A stretch of DNA of 64,000 nt from Spirochaetia bacterium. Lineage in GTDB: Bacteria; Spirochaetota; Spirochaetia; SZUA-6; Bin103. The first letter of the stretch is position 1. The number at the start of each line of letters is the position of its first letter. A program made the position numbers and the translations under genes. This document shows positions 46,626-56,223 of this stretch, one piece after another. The notes beneath the pieces are model-generated. The model had not been told where the DNA came from, did no database searches, and was given only the letters and a program-made list of their open reading frames with translations. The stretch is taken from positions 6,784,001-6,848,000 of the forward strand of contig CBDBDQ010000005.1 of NCBI GenBank assembly GCA_965203905.1, in the 5' to 3' direction.

Positions 46626-47780
46626 ATGGGGGACACTGAATATCCGCCGCTGGTCGAGGTTCGCGATCACCTGCGCGTGAAGTGGTATCGGTCGCCGATC
46701 GAGCCGGCCACCCTGCGCGCGCTGATGCAGCGCAGCGACCTGCAGGGGTGGTTGCAGGCGGGCGGCCACCTGGCGCTGGCCGTGGCCACCGGGGCGTTGG
46801 TGTGCTGGTGCTGGTCGCGCAACCTGTGGCTGGGGTTCGCGCTGGCACTGTTCGCACACGGCACGGTGGTCAGCTTCTTCGCCGGCGTCGCGCCGCACGA
46901 GCTGGCGCACGGCACCGTGTTCCGTACCAAGCGACTCAACGGCGTGTTCCTGTACCTGCTCAGCCTGTGGAGCTGGTGGGACCCGTTCGATTACGGCACC
47001 AGCCACACCTATCACCACCGCTACACCCTGTACCCGGAGGGCGACCGGGAGAACCTGCTGCCGCTGCACCCGTCGGTCGGGCGCACCTTCCTGCTGCAGA
47101 TGTTCACCGTCAACCTGCTCACCAGGCCGGGGCGCAACTTCGGCAAGGGCGGGCTGCTCTCGACCGTGGCGGTCACCGCGCTGTCGGCGTGCGGCCTGAT
47201 CGGCTCGACCAAGGCCCCGATCAGGCAGTGGATCGAGGCGCTGCACCTCGACCAGCCGGCCGAGGCGTGGAAGTCGATGTGGTTCGCGCGCGCGCAGCTC
47301 CTGTTCCACGGCACCGTGGTGGTGGTCGGGCTCGCCAGCGGGCTGTGGGTGCTGCCCCTGGTCATCACCGTGGCGCCGTTCATCGGCAACTGGCTCGTCT
47401 ACTTCGTCGGGCTGCCCCAGCACTGCGGGCTGCGCGACAACGTCCCGGACTTCCGCAAGTCCACCCGCTCGATGAAGCTGGACCCGATCTCGACCTTCCT
47501 CTACTGGCGCATGAACTGGCACACTGAGCACCACATGTACGCTGGCGTGCCGTGCTACAACCTCAGGAAGCTGGCGCGCGCCATCGCCGCCGACATGCCG
47601 GCACCGCGCACGCTGCTGGGCGCCTGGCGCGAGATGCTCCAGATCTGGAACCGGCAGCTTGAAGATCCCGACTACCAGTACGACACCCCGCTGCCGGCGA
47701 CGGCGGGCGACACAGCCAAAGACGAGAAGGACAACCTGGAGGGCTCGATCGGCGAATTGGCTCCCTCCGGACTGCGTTAA
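46626..47780 (+). CDS. Fatty-acid desaturase-like di-iron membrane enzyme (MocD-like)
   Basis: His boxes HELAH, HTYHH, HTEHH; PQHCGL; VPCYNLRKL. Confidence 0.88.
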   Translation: MGDTEYPPLVEVRDHLRVKWYRSPIEPATLRALMQRSDLQGWLQAGGHLALAVATGALVCWCWSRNLWLGFALALFAHGTVVSFFAGVAPHELAHGTVFRTKRLNGVFLYLLSLWSWWDPFDYGTSHTYHHRYTLYPEGDRENLLPLHPSVGRTFLLQMFTVNLLTRPGRNFGKGGLLSTVAVTALSACGLIGSTKAPIRQWIEALHLDQPAEAWKSMWFARAQLLFHGTVVVVGLASGLWVLPLVITVAPFIGNWLVYFVGLPQHCGLRDNVPDFRKSTRSMKLDPISTFLYWRMNWHTEHHMYAGVPCYNLRKLARAIAADMPAPRTLLGAWREMLQIWNRQLEDPDYQYDTPLPATAGDTAKDEKDNLEGSIGELAPSGLR

Positions 47781-47950
47781 CTCGTGCTGCGTCACTTGGT
47801 GACGCCGTTGAGCCGGCCGGCCCTGCTCACGGTCGCCGTCTTCTCGGCCCCCTTTCGAAATGGAACGACTCGCGGCAGGTCACCTTGGGCCCTGGGGCTG
47901 GCGAAGTCACCGGCCTGTACACCTCGCAGTGGCACCTGCTGATGTCCGGA
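47781..47950 (+). pseudogene. Degenerate C-terminal remnant of a carbohydrate ABC permease (MalG-like)
   Basis: Manual translation across frameshifts: VLRHLVTPLSRPALLTVAVFS...KWND...LGLAK/TGLYTSQWHLLMSG. Confidence 0.6.
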
Positions 47951-48118
47951 TACGCCCGCCGCGCTCCGCGTCGTTCCGCGTGAACGCGATAGCGGCAGCG
48001 AGTCTTGACCGTGCCGACCGGATCGGGGACGCTGCCGACCGGCAGGCACCGTCGCCCCAGGACGCGGGAGACCATGAATGCCGACGCAAGGGGCTCGCGG
48101 CGAGAGGAACATGACACG

Positions 48119-48322
48119 ATGAAGGTGAAGGTAGTGGTGCATCAAGCGGAAGAGGGCGGCTATTGGGCCGAGGTGCCCTCCATTCCAGGATGTGCGACGC
48201 AAGGAGAATCGTTTGAAGAGTTGCTGATGAACCTCTACGAAGCCATCGAAGGTTGCCTCGCCGTCGAGGTCGACGAACTGCCGCTGTCGAAGGAGGACAA
48301 GGTAATCGAAATCGCGGTATGA
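48119..48322 (+). CDS. hicB: HicB antitoxin (short form)
   Basis: EEGGYWAEVPSIPGCATQGESFEELLMNLYEAIEGCL. Confidence 0.9.
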   Translation: MKVKVVVHQAEEGGYWAEVPSIPGCATQGESFEELLMNLYEAIEGCLAVEVDELPLSKEDKVIEIAV

Positions 48323-48525
48323 AGGCCGTCAGCGGTAAGCGGTTCTGCAGTATTCTCGAAGCGAAGGGATGGCAACTGAAACGCGTCAACGGAAGCCATC
48401 ACATATTCACGAAGGCCAGCGTCTCCGTCCGCATCTCTGTTCCGGTTCACGCAGATCGGGCGCTGAAAACCGGACTGCAGCGATACCTGATGAAATTGGC
48501 CGAGATTCACGAATCCGATCTTTGA
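48319..48525 (+). CDS. hicA: HicA toxin
   Basis: ATGA coupling; KGWQLKRVNGSHHIFTK...SVPVH...LKTGL. Confidence 0.9.
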   Translation: MKAVSGKRFCSILEAKGWQLKRVNGSHHIFTKASVSVRISVPVHADRALKTGLQRYLMKLAEIHESDL

Positions 48526-48576
48526 GCCAACTTGCGCTCACTCGTGCTGGGTCCATTCGCCCGGACGGCGCCCAGC

Positions 48577-49314
48577 CTACTCCCAGTGCGGGATCATCTC
48601 GATCTCCGGATTCGAGGTGGTGTAGAGCGGCAGCTCCGGCGTGTGGACCGTGGGCGACTGGGTGACGGCAAGCAGGATCAGGTCGGCCACGTCCTCCGGT
48701 CGACCGAGCTGCGACACCTCGTCCCGGTGGTGGTCGCGGCGCATCTTGGTGTCCATCGGCCCCGGCTCCACCAGGGTCGCCTTCACGCCGTGCGGGCGCC
48801 CCTCCAATCCGGTGATGCCGGTGAATCCTCGCACGCCGAACTTGGCCGCACCGTAGGCGCCGTAGTTGGCGCCCGGGTGCCTGCCGGCGAGCGATGAGAC
48901 GTTGACGATGTGGCCGCGCCCGCGCTCGCACATGTGACTGAACACCGCCTGGGTGCACAGGAACACCGCCTTGAGGTTGACGGCGATGTTGCGGTCCCAC
49001 AGCTCCTCGGTGATCAACGGTATTGGTGAGGTACCGGCCACACCGGCGTTGTTGACCAGGATGTCCACCTGGCCGAAGCGATCGATGGTGCGCGCCACCA
49101 TTTCCTGCACCGCCGCCTTGTCGGCGACGTCGGTGGGGATGGCGAGCGCCTCGCGGCCGAGCGCGCGAATCTCGCCGGCCACGGCGTCGATCTCCGCGGC
49201 GGTCCGTGCCGCCAGCGTCACGCCGGCCCCTTCGCGGGCCAGCGCCAGTGCGGTCGCCCGGCCGATGCCGCGGCCGGCGCCGGTGACGATGGCGGTCTGG
49301 TTCTGCAGTCTCAT
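48577..49314 (-). CDS. Short-chain dehydrogenase/reductase (SDR)
   Basis: [17 protein letters not shown]. Confidence 0.92.
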   Translation of the reverse strand: MRLQNQTAIVTGAGRGIGRATALALAREGAGVTLAARTAAEIDAVAGEIRALGREALAIPTDVADKAAVQEMVARTIDRFGQVDILVNNAGVAGTSPIPLITEELWDRNIAVNLKAVFLCTQAVFSHMCERGRGHIVNVSSLAGRHPGANYGAYGAAKFGVRGFTGITGLEGRPHGVKATLVEPGPMDTKMRRDHHRDEVSQLGRPEDVADLILLAVTQSPTVHTPELPLYTTSNPEIEMIPHWE

Positions 49315-50489
49315 GGTTTGGCTCCTTGTGTTGCGGAGGCTGCCCCCGCTGCCGCGGCCCGGCGTTCCAGCTCGCCGCGCCAGCCGATCATTTCTCCCGC
49401 CTTGAGCCGTTCGATGTCGAACTCCGGATAGCGGTCCTCAAGCGTATCCCCCAGTCTCTGGGTCTCCGCCCAGCGGTCCCAGGCGATCTTCATCCAGTCG
49501 TACGGCAGCGCGGCGCGTACGGCCGGATCGAGTTGCCAGGCGTTGCGCACGTCCGCCACCGACGGCTCGCCGGTGAACGGGCCCGACCACCGTGACCAGC
49601 CGATCGAGAGCGTGTTGCGCTCGCGTTCGGGGACGGTGTGCCCGGTGTGAATGGTGGCGCCGTTGCGGACCAGCGCTTCCCCCGCCTTGAGCCAGATCGC
49701 GACTTGGCCGGGCAGCGGATCCACGCCGTTCCAACTGGGCGTGTGCGGCACCCCCTGCTCCTTCATCTCCTGCGGCAGCAGCACGTCATGCTCGAACGGC
49801 GTGCGCCAGCGCCGGTGGCTGGTCGGTATCAACTCGTGGCATTCGTCGTCCACCAGTGCCAGGAAGATGTTCACGCCACTCCGTTCCCTGATCGACTGCT
49901 CGTTCTTTTCCTGGATCTCCTTCCAGCGGATCCGCTCGATCTCCTCGGAGTACGCCTCGGGCCCCTCGCCGCGCACCTCGCGCTGGGCGAAATAGTTCTC
50001 GCCGGTGCCCCACCAGGTCACGTCCCGGTGCCAACCGAGACGATTCTCGCCCAGGCGCGGGTTGCACCACAGCAGCATCGGACTCATCACCATCTCCTCC
50101 GGACCGAGCCCGTGACACCAGGCGGCGACGAAGTCGAGGAACTCGCGGGACCCGAGGAACTCGGCAAAGGCGGGCTCCTCGAAGGCGGGATGAATCAGGC
50201 CCCGGATCGCCCACGGCTCGTCGTCGCCAGCGCGGTGCACGTAGCCCTTCGAGCAGTCGATCGTGCGGTAGCCGTTGGCGGGTGCGCACGCCTCGGTGAC
50301 GCGGCGGCCCGCCTCGCGCAGCACTGGGATCCAGTGGCTGGCGACGAAGTCGGTGACGATGACGAACCCGTGCTCCTGCAAGTATTCCAGACGCTCCGGG
50401 GTCGCTCCGGGTGCGGCGTGCTCGGGTTTCGCATCGGCAAATGCCGTGGCCCGATAGGAATGCGCCGCCGGTGGCTGTTCGGTGCTCAT
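49311..50489 (-). CDS. PhyH-like 2-oxoglutarate/Fe(II) dioxygenase
   Basis: LQEHGFVIV, WHRD, LIPTSHRR, LKAGE...IHTG...R. Confidence 0.75.
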   Translation of the reverse strand: MSTEQPPAAHSYRATAFADAKPEHAAPGATPERLEYLQEHGFVIVTDFVASHWIPVLREAGRRVTEACAPANGYRTIDCSKGYVHRAGDDEPWAIRGLIHPAFEEPAFAEFLGSREFLDFVAAWCHGLGPEEMVMSPMLLWCNPRLGENRLGWHRDVTWWGTGENYFAQREVRGEGPEAYSEEIERIRWKEIQEKNEQSIRERSGVNIFLALVDDECHELIPTSHRRWRTPFEHDVLLPQEMKEQGVPHTPSWNGVDPLPGQVAIWLKAGEALVRNGATIHTGHTVPERERNTLSIGWSRWSGPFTGEPSVADVRNAWQLDPAVRAALPYDWMKIAWDRWAETQRLGDTLEDRYPEFDIERLKAGEMIGWRGELERRAAAAGAASATQGAKP

Positions 50490-50523
50490 GCTCGTCCCTC
50501 CTGCGTTATGCGGGTTCCGGCAG

Positions 50524-52449
50524 CTACCCCACCGGAAGCCAGACCGCCATGGTGTGATTGCCGCGGTTGTGCCAGGCGAAGTAGGGAATCATGCGGATCG
50601 TCACCGGCACGCGCTCGCCGGCGTCGCCCCGGCGGTAGAGCTCGCGTCCCCACGGCCGGCCCCTGACCCGGATAGCCGTACCCTCCAGCACGGTTACCCC
50701 GCCGAGGAGGGCGGCTTCGTAGTGTACGGCCGGCGCGAAGTCGCGCGGCAGGTGAACCTCGTCGAGCGGGGTGCCGGCGTCCAGGTCGACCGCTTCCAGG
50801 CAGTAGACCACCGGCCCGCGCACCACTGCCACCTGGTTACGATCCTGCTCCAGCCGCGGATGGGCGGTGACCAGCTCGGCGCGCAGCGGCAGGGTCAGGC
50901 TCACCCGGTCACCCGCCTGCCACTGCCGGCGGACAGCAGCGTAGGTACCCGGCGCGGCGGCGACCGGCGCACCGGCAACGGTCAATTCGGCACCCTGAGC
51001 CCAGCCCGGCACCCGCAGGTGCAAGGTGAACGGCCGCTCCGGCGCCTCCTGCAGCGTGATGACGATGCTGCCGTCCCAGGGGTAGCCGGTCTCCTGGTTG
51101 AGCACCAGCGCGCCCCCGGCAACGTCCGTCTGCAGGCGGCTGCCGCCGTACAGGTGCACCCACACGGCGTCGTCGGCCAGCCCGTAGGCCCAGCGGTGCA
51201 GCCGGGCGATGGTGCGGGCGACCTGCGGTGGACAGCAGTAGCAGGTGTGGGTGAACCAGCGCTCCGGCGTGTCGTTGCTCATGCCGCGGTGCTCGGTGCC
51301 GTACCAGCGCAGCGGGTTGGTGTAGCAGAACCGGGTGCCGTCCGCGCTCATCCCGGACAGCCCGCTGTTGTAGAGCACCTGCTCCAGCACGTCCCCGTAG
51401 CGGGCGTCGCCGGTGAGCGCCGCCATCCGCCACGCCCACATGCCCTGGCCGATGTTGGCGCAGGTCTCGGTGTAGGCGGTGGCGTTGGGCAGGTCGTGCG
51501 GCAGCCCGAACGCCTCGTGCACCGGATCGTTCCGGATCGACGCGCTGAAGTGATCCGCACCGATCGCCCCGGTCAGGTAGAGCTTGGTGGCTTCCACGTC
51601 ATTCCAGATCCGCTCCAGCGCCTCGCTCAGGGCCGCCTCGCCGGTCTCGGCGTACACGTCCGCGGCGCCCGCCCAGAGATAGGTCGCGGTCACCGCGTGC
51701 CCGACGGCCGCGGTCTCCTCCCGCAGCGGCACCCGGTCCTGGTTCAGGTCGCCGTTGAAGCCGGGGTCGGGCGCCGAACCGCGGTTGTTCACGAATACGC
51801 CCGCCAGCTCCAGGTAGCGGCGCTCGCCGGTGACGCGGTACAGGTCCACCAGGCCGACGATCTGCGACGGGTTGAAGCCGAAGTTGGCCAGCGCGGGCGG
51901 CGTCGGCAGGAACACCCCGCACAGGTAGTCGGCCAGCCTGGCCGCGACCTCCAGGAGGCTGCGCTTGCCGGTCGCCTCGTAGTGCACGGCGGCGGCGGTG
52001 AAGCAGTGCCCGGCGTTGTACAGCTCATGATGGTGTACGTTCTGCCAGCGCTGCCTGACCGGATCGAGGGTGATCTGGGTGTTGAGGTAGCCGTCCTCCT
52101 CCTGCGCGGCGGCGATCCAGGCGATCACTTCGTCCATCTGCCGATCCAGTTCCGGGTCACGGGTTGCGCCGTACACGTGGGCCATCGCTTCCAGCCACTT
52201 GTAGCAGTCGCCGTCGCTCCAGTCGGTGCCCTCGTGCGCACCCTCCTCCAGGCCGGCGGCAATGCGGAAGTAGGCCAGCCGCCCCCTGTTGGACGGATCC
52301 TCCAGCGCCCGGCGCATGCTCGGCAAGATCGTGCCATGGCACAGCGCGAAGCGGTCGGCCCAGAAACCCCCGGTCCATCGGCTCTGCCCGAGCGCCGGCG
52401 CGGTCATCCTGGCGAGTGGGCTCGGATAGTGGTACGCGGAAGCCATCAC
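50524..52449 (-). CDS. Glycoside hydrolase family 127 (beta-L-arabinofuranosidase-like)
   Basis: DGDCYKWLEA, HELYNAGH, VGHAV, YLTGAIG, EAFG, YTETCA, CYCCPP, RGPVVYCLE, IPYFAWHNRG. Confidence 0.92.
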   Translation of the reverse strand: MMASAYHYPSPLARMTAPALGQSRWTGGFWADRFALCHGTILPSMRRALEDPSNRGRLAYFRIAAGLEEGAHEGTDWSDGDCYKWLEAMAHVYGATRDPELDRQMDEVIAWIAAAQEEDGYLNTQITLDPVRQRWQNVHHHELYNAGHCFTAAAVHYEATGKRSLLEVAARLADYLCGVFLPTPPALANFGFNPSQIVGLVDLYRVTGERRYLELAGVFVNNRGSAPDPGFNGDLNQDRVPLREETAAVGHAVTATYLWAGAADVYAETGEAALSEALERIWNDVEATKLYLTGAIGADHFSASIRNDPVHEAFGLPHDLPNATAYTETCANIGQGMWAWRMAALTGDARYGDVLEQVLYNSGLSGMSADGTRFCYTNPLRWYGTEHRGMSNDTPERWFTHTCYCCPPQVARTIARLHRWAYGLADDAVWVHLYGGSRLQTDVAGGALVLNQETGYPWDGSIVITLQEAPERPFTLHLRVPGWAQGAELTVAGAPVAAAPGTYAAVRRQWQAGDRVSLTLPLRAELVTAHPRLEQDRNQVAVVRGPVVYCLEAVDLDAGTPLDEVHLPRDFAPAVHYEAALLGGVTVLEGTAIRVRGRPWGRELYRRGDAGERVPVTIRMIPYFAWHNRGNHTMAVWLPVG

Positions 52450-52459
52450 GGATGCCCCG

Positions 52460-53479
52460 TCACAGGCGGAAGTGGGTCAGGCACTGTTGCCAGGCGCGGA
52501 TCACCCGGTCTTCGTAGATCTCCTGACCCGGGTCTGTAAACAGGCCATGCCGGTCGTACCACCCCACGTACTGGCGGACGCCCTCCTCCAGGCTCATGCG
52601 CCACGCGAAGTCGGGGAAGTCGCGCTTGAACGCCTCCACCGAGAAGCACATGTTGTAGCGCGTCAGCGACGGCACGAAGCTTCCTCTGACTTCCTCGCTG
52701 TCGATCGCCAGCAGCACCTCCACCGGCACGTGCACCAGCTCCGGCTCTACGCCGAGCACGCCCGCGACGATCTGCAGGTAGCGGTCGAAGGTCAGGGCGC
52801 CGTCGTGGCCGCAGGTGTAGCTCCTGCCGGCCGCGATGTCCCGCCCCTGCACCACCCGCGCGATCATCCGCCCGGTATCGTACGCGCAACTGGCGTGCAG
52901 AATGGTGTTGCCGTCGCCCGGCACCAGCACCGGCATCCCGGCCCGCATGCGCGGCACCTGCTCCTTCATGCCGCCCCAGGCGAACAACGACATCATGCCG
53001 CTCTTGATCCCGAACGAGTAGGTAGGGCGCACGATCGTGGCCGGGCGCCCCGCCCCGGTCAGCAGTCGCGCGACCAGCTCCTCGCAGGCGCGCTTGTTGG
53101 CGCCGTACGGGTTGCGGGTCGGCGCCGGGGGATCGTCTTCGCGCATCGGGATGCGCGACAGCGGGTAGCCGTAGGTGTCCACCGTGCTCACCAGCACGTA
53201 GTGCGCGGAGTCCGGCAGCAGCGGCACCAGTTCCTCCACCCGCTCCGGCTCGAAGCAGACGAAGTCGACCACCGCGTCCGGCCTGAAGTCGTCCAATGCC
53301 GCCTTCAGGTCGGACGGGCGGCTGCGGTCGCCGCGGTAGAACCGCACCGTGTCCGCGAACTTCGGATCGGCGTCCCGGCTGCGCTTGAGGATCGCCAGCG
53401 GATGCCCGCCGGCGATCAGTTCCTCGGCGCAGCCGCCGGAGATGTTCCCCGGTCCGCCGATCAACAAGACCCGGCTCAT
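52460..53479 (-). CDS. NAD-dependent epimerase/dehydratase
   Basis: IGGPGNIS, YGANKRACE, VRPTY, PGDG. Confidence 0.88.
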   Translation of the reverse strand: MSRVLLIGGPGNISGGCAEELIAGGHPLAILKRSRDADPKFADTVRFYRGDRSRPSDLKAALDDFRPDAVVDFVCFEPERVEELVPLLPDSAHYVLVSTVDTYGYPLSRIPMREDDPPAPTRNPYGANKRACEELVARLLTGAGRPATIVRPTYSFGIKSGMMSLFAWGGMKEQVPRMRAGMPVLVPGDGNTILHASCAYDTGRMIARVVQGRDIAAGRSYTCGHDGALTFDRYLQIVAGVLGVEPELVHVPVEVLLAIDSEEVRGSFVPSLTRYNMCFSVEAFKRDFPDFAWRMSLEEGVRQYVGWYDRHGLFTDPGQEIYEDRVIRAWQQCLTHFRL

Positions 53480-53500
53480 GCCGGCTCTATCCCGTGCTCC

Positions 53501-55225
53501 CTAATATCCCATTTCCGACTTCAGCGACTGGTCGAGCCACAGGTGCTCCAGGTAGGGACCGACGCTGGTGCCGCCGCTCATCGCCTCGCCGTAGTAGTTC
53601 TTGACCCACGGCCACCAGTAGACGAAGCGGCCGCTGGCGCCGATCGGAATGTAGGCCACGTCGCCCATCACCATCAGCGCCATCTCCTTGAGGACTGCAT
53701 CGCGCTCTGCGGCATCCACCGTCATGCGCGCCTTGTCGGTCAGCGCGGCAAGCTCGGGGTTGTCGTAGTTGGGCGTGTTCCAGGGGTTGGACTCGTCCGT
53801 GGACGCCAGCGACCCGATGATTCCCAGCGGGTTGTTGGACGCCGAGTTGGTGGCGAACAGGTCGTAGCCGGTGCGCGACGACATCAGCGCGGACAGCGCG
53901 GTATGCTCGTGCGACTTCAGCTCCAGGTCCACGCCCACGTCCTCGAAGAACCCGGCCATCATGGTGGCGATGTCGCCATGCGTGCCCGCGGTAGCCGCCG
54001 GCGTGAAGGCGATCTCCAGCGTGAAGCCGTCCGGGTAGCCGGCGTCCACCAGCATCTGCCGCGCCTGGTCCGGGTTGTAGGAGTACAGCTCGGTGATCTC
54101 GTCCGGAAGCTGGCTGAAGTCACCCAGGATGCTGGAACCGTCGCGCCAGTCGACCGGGTAGTTGTACAGCGCGCCATACCCCCACACCGCGTCGATGATC
54201 GCCTCCTGGTCGACTGCCATCATCAGTGCCCGCCGCACCTGCCGGTTGGAGAGGTACTCGTTGTCGTGGTTCAGCGCCACCACCACCGGCCAGATCTCCA
54301 CCCAGCCCTGGCTCTGCAGGTCGGGCGAGGTGTCGGCCAGGCTCTCCCGGTACTTGACGCTCACGGTACCCATGAGGTCGAGCTTGCCGGTTCGCAGCGA
54401 CGCGATCTGCGTGGTCTCGTCCGGCAGGTTGGGCATGATCATCTCGTCGATGAACGGCAGCGCATACTCGGTGCCGTCGATGGTCGTGGTGCGCCAGTAC
54501 TGCGGGTTGCGGGCGAAGGAGATGTGCGAGCCCACCACCGCCTCCTGCACCAGGAACGGCCCGGTTCCGACCAGGTTGTCCCAGTTGCCGGGATCGGCCT
54601 CGACCACCTCGCGCGGGTAATGCACGGATCCGGAGTGCTGCGCGATGTTGGCGAAGCCGCCCGGGTTGAAACTGCTGGTCTCGACGATGCAGGCGTTGCC
54701 TTCCGCGTGGATCGAGTCGATGAACCCGCCGTTCTCCGTGCGCCAGCCGGCGTTGCCGCGGTCGGCGACCCGGTTCAGCGCGTACGCGCAGTCCTCGGCG
54801 GTGTAGGGGCGCGACTGCATGACGTGTTCCTTGCCGTCCGCGGCCCACATGATTCCGTCGCGTATGGTGAACACCATGCGGTCGGCGGTGACTTCCCAAC
54901 TCTCCGCGAGCGCTCCCCGCGAGTAAGCCGGCGAGATATTGTCGCTGGTGAAGTTGGTGAACTCGCCGCTGCCGCGCGGACCGTACTGCACGAAGTCAGC
55001 CTCCACCAGGCGCTGCATCACCGGGCTGATGTACATGCGCGTTACCCACTGGTTGAGGTTGGTATCCGCGCTCGGCACGTCCTGACCCCAGAAGTAGAGG
55101 GCCGCCGTGCCGCCGTACATGGAGTCCTCGGCAGCGGCGCCCTCCTCGCCCGCCGGCGCGCCCCACGCGGGCAGGCCGATCAATACCAGGGCCCCGGTCA
55201 ACAGGGCCAACCATCTCTTCTGCAT
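53501..55225 (-). CDS. Family-5 ABC substrate-binding protein (DppA-like)
   Basis: AGGAGG SD; signal MQKRWLALL; LAESWE, VGTGPF, RNPQYW, VRRALMMAVD, YNPDQARQMLVDAGYPDGF. Confidence 0.92.
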   Translation of the reverse strand: MQKRWLALLTGALVLIGLPAWGAPAGEEGAAAEDSMYGGTAALYFWGQDVPSADTNLNQWVTRMYISPVMQRLVEADFVQYGPRGSGEFTNFTSDNISPAYSRGALAESWEVTADRMVFTIRDGIMWAADGKEHVMQSRPYTAEDCAYALNRVADRGNAGWRTENGGFIDSIHAEGNACIVETSSFNPGGFANIAQHSGSVHYPREVVEADPGNWDNLVGTGPFLVQEAVVGSHISFARNPQYWRTTTIDGTEYALPFIDEMIMPNLPDETTQIASLRTGKLDLMGTVSVKYRESLADTSPDLQSQGWVEIWPVVVALNHDNEYLSNRQVRRALMMAVDQEAIIDAVWGYGALYNYPVDWRDGSSILGDFSQLPDEITELYSYNPDQARQMLVDAGYPDGFTLEIAFTPAATAGTHGDIATMMAGFFEDVGVDLELKSHEHTALSALMSSRTGYDLFATNSASNNPLGIIGSLASTDESNPWNTPNYDNPELAALTDKARMTVDAAERDAVLKEMALMVMGDVAYIPIGASGRFVYWWPWVKNYYGEAMSGGTSVGPYLEHLWLDQSLKSEMGY

Positions 55226-55296
55226 CGCTCTTCCTCCTGTTGGTAGCGTTGCGTCTGTTTCGCGACTGTTACCAGTCGCCGCTTCTGCTGTCGTCA

Positions 55297-56223
55297 CTAG
55301 TCCTTGCGCAGCAGGCGCCGCTTGTGCCGGACACCGTAGCGCCCGGCACCGCCGCGCATGCGCGGGTCCAGGATATCACGCAATGCGTCGCCGAACATGT
55401 GCGTCCCGTACACGACCACGCTCAGGGCGAGGCCCGGCCACAGCACCATCCACGGAGCCAGGAACATGTAGCTGCGGTTGGCTCCGCTCAGCATCGCGCC
55501 CCAGCTCGGCGCGGGCGGCGGAATGCCGTAACCGAGGAAGCTCAGCGACGCCTCGGTGAGGATCACCCCCGGCAGCAGCACCGAGAACCCCACGATGATG
55601 AGCGGTGCGATGTTGGGCAGGATGTGGCGCAGCAGGATGCGGCTGGTGGGAGCGCCGATCGCGGCCGCCGCCTGCACGTAGGCGTTGCCGACCACGCTGA
55701 TGGTGAAGCCGCGCGAATGCCGCGAGCCGCTGATGCCGCCGCCCACCCCCATGACGATGATCAGCGGCAGCATCCCCTGCCCGACCATCGACATGATCAC
55801 CGCCACGACGATGATCAGCGGCAGCGACATCACCGCGTCGACGAAGCGCTGCACGATCAGGTCGAACTTGCCGCCGATGTAGCCGCTGAGCATGCCGATG
55901 CCCACCGAAATCACCGTGGCGACGGCACTGCTCGCAAGGCCCACGATCATCGACACCCGTGCCCCGTAGATCACCCGGCTCAACAGGTCGCGGCCCAGGT
56001 TGTCGGTGCCCAGCAGGAAGCGGGCCGACGGCGGTGCCAGCCGGTCGTCCGTGTGCATGTCGTTCATGCCGTACGGCGCCAGGAAGTCGGCGAAGATGCC
56101 GGTAAACAGCAGCACCAGGGTAATAAGCAGCCCCACCGCACCCAGCGGTTTTTCCTTGAACAGGCGCAGCAGGAATCCGGTCAGCCGGGAGCGCCGCGGG
56201 GAGTGACCGTGCAGACCCATCAC
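55297..56223 (-). CDS. Dpp/Opp ABC permease (DppC-like)
   Basis: LGTDNLGRDLLSRVIYGARVS, RHILPN, EASLSFLGYG, GDALRDILDPR. Confidence 0.93.
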   Translation of the reverse strand: MMGLHGHSPRRSRLTGFLLRLFKEKPLGAVGLLITLVLLFTGIFADFLAPYGMNDMHTDDRLAPPSARFLLGTDNLGRDLLSRVIYGARVSMIVGLASSAVATVISVGIGMLSGYIGGKFDLIVQRFVDAVMSLPLIIVVAVIMSMVGQGMLPLIIVMGVGGGISGSRHSRGFTISVVGNAYVQAAAAIGAPTSRILLRHILPNIAPLIIVGFSVLLPGVILTEASLSFLGYGIPPPAPSWGAMLSGANRSYMFLAPWMVLWPGLALSVVVYGTHMFGDALRDILDPRMRGGAGRYGVRHKRRLLRKD

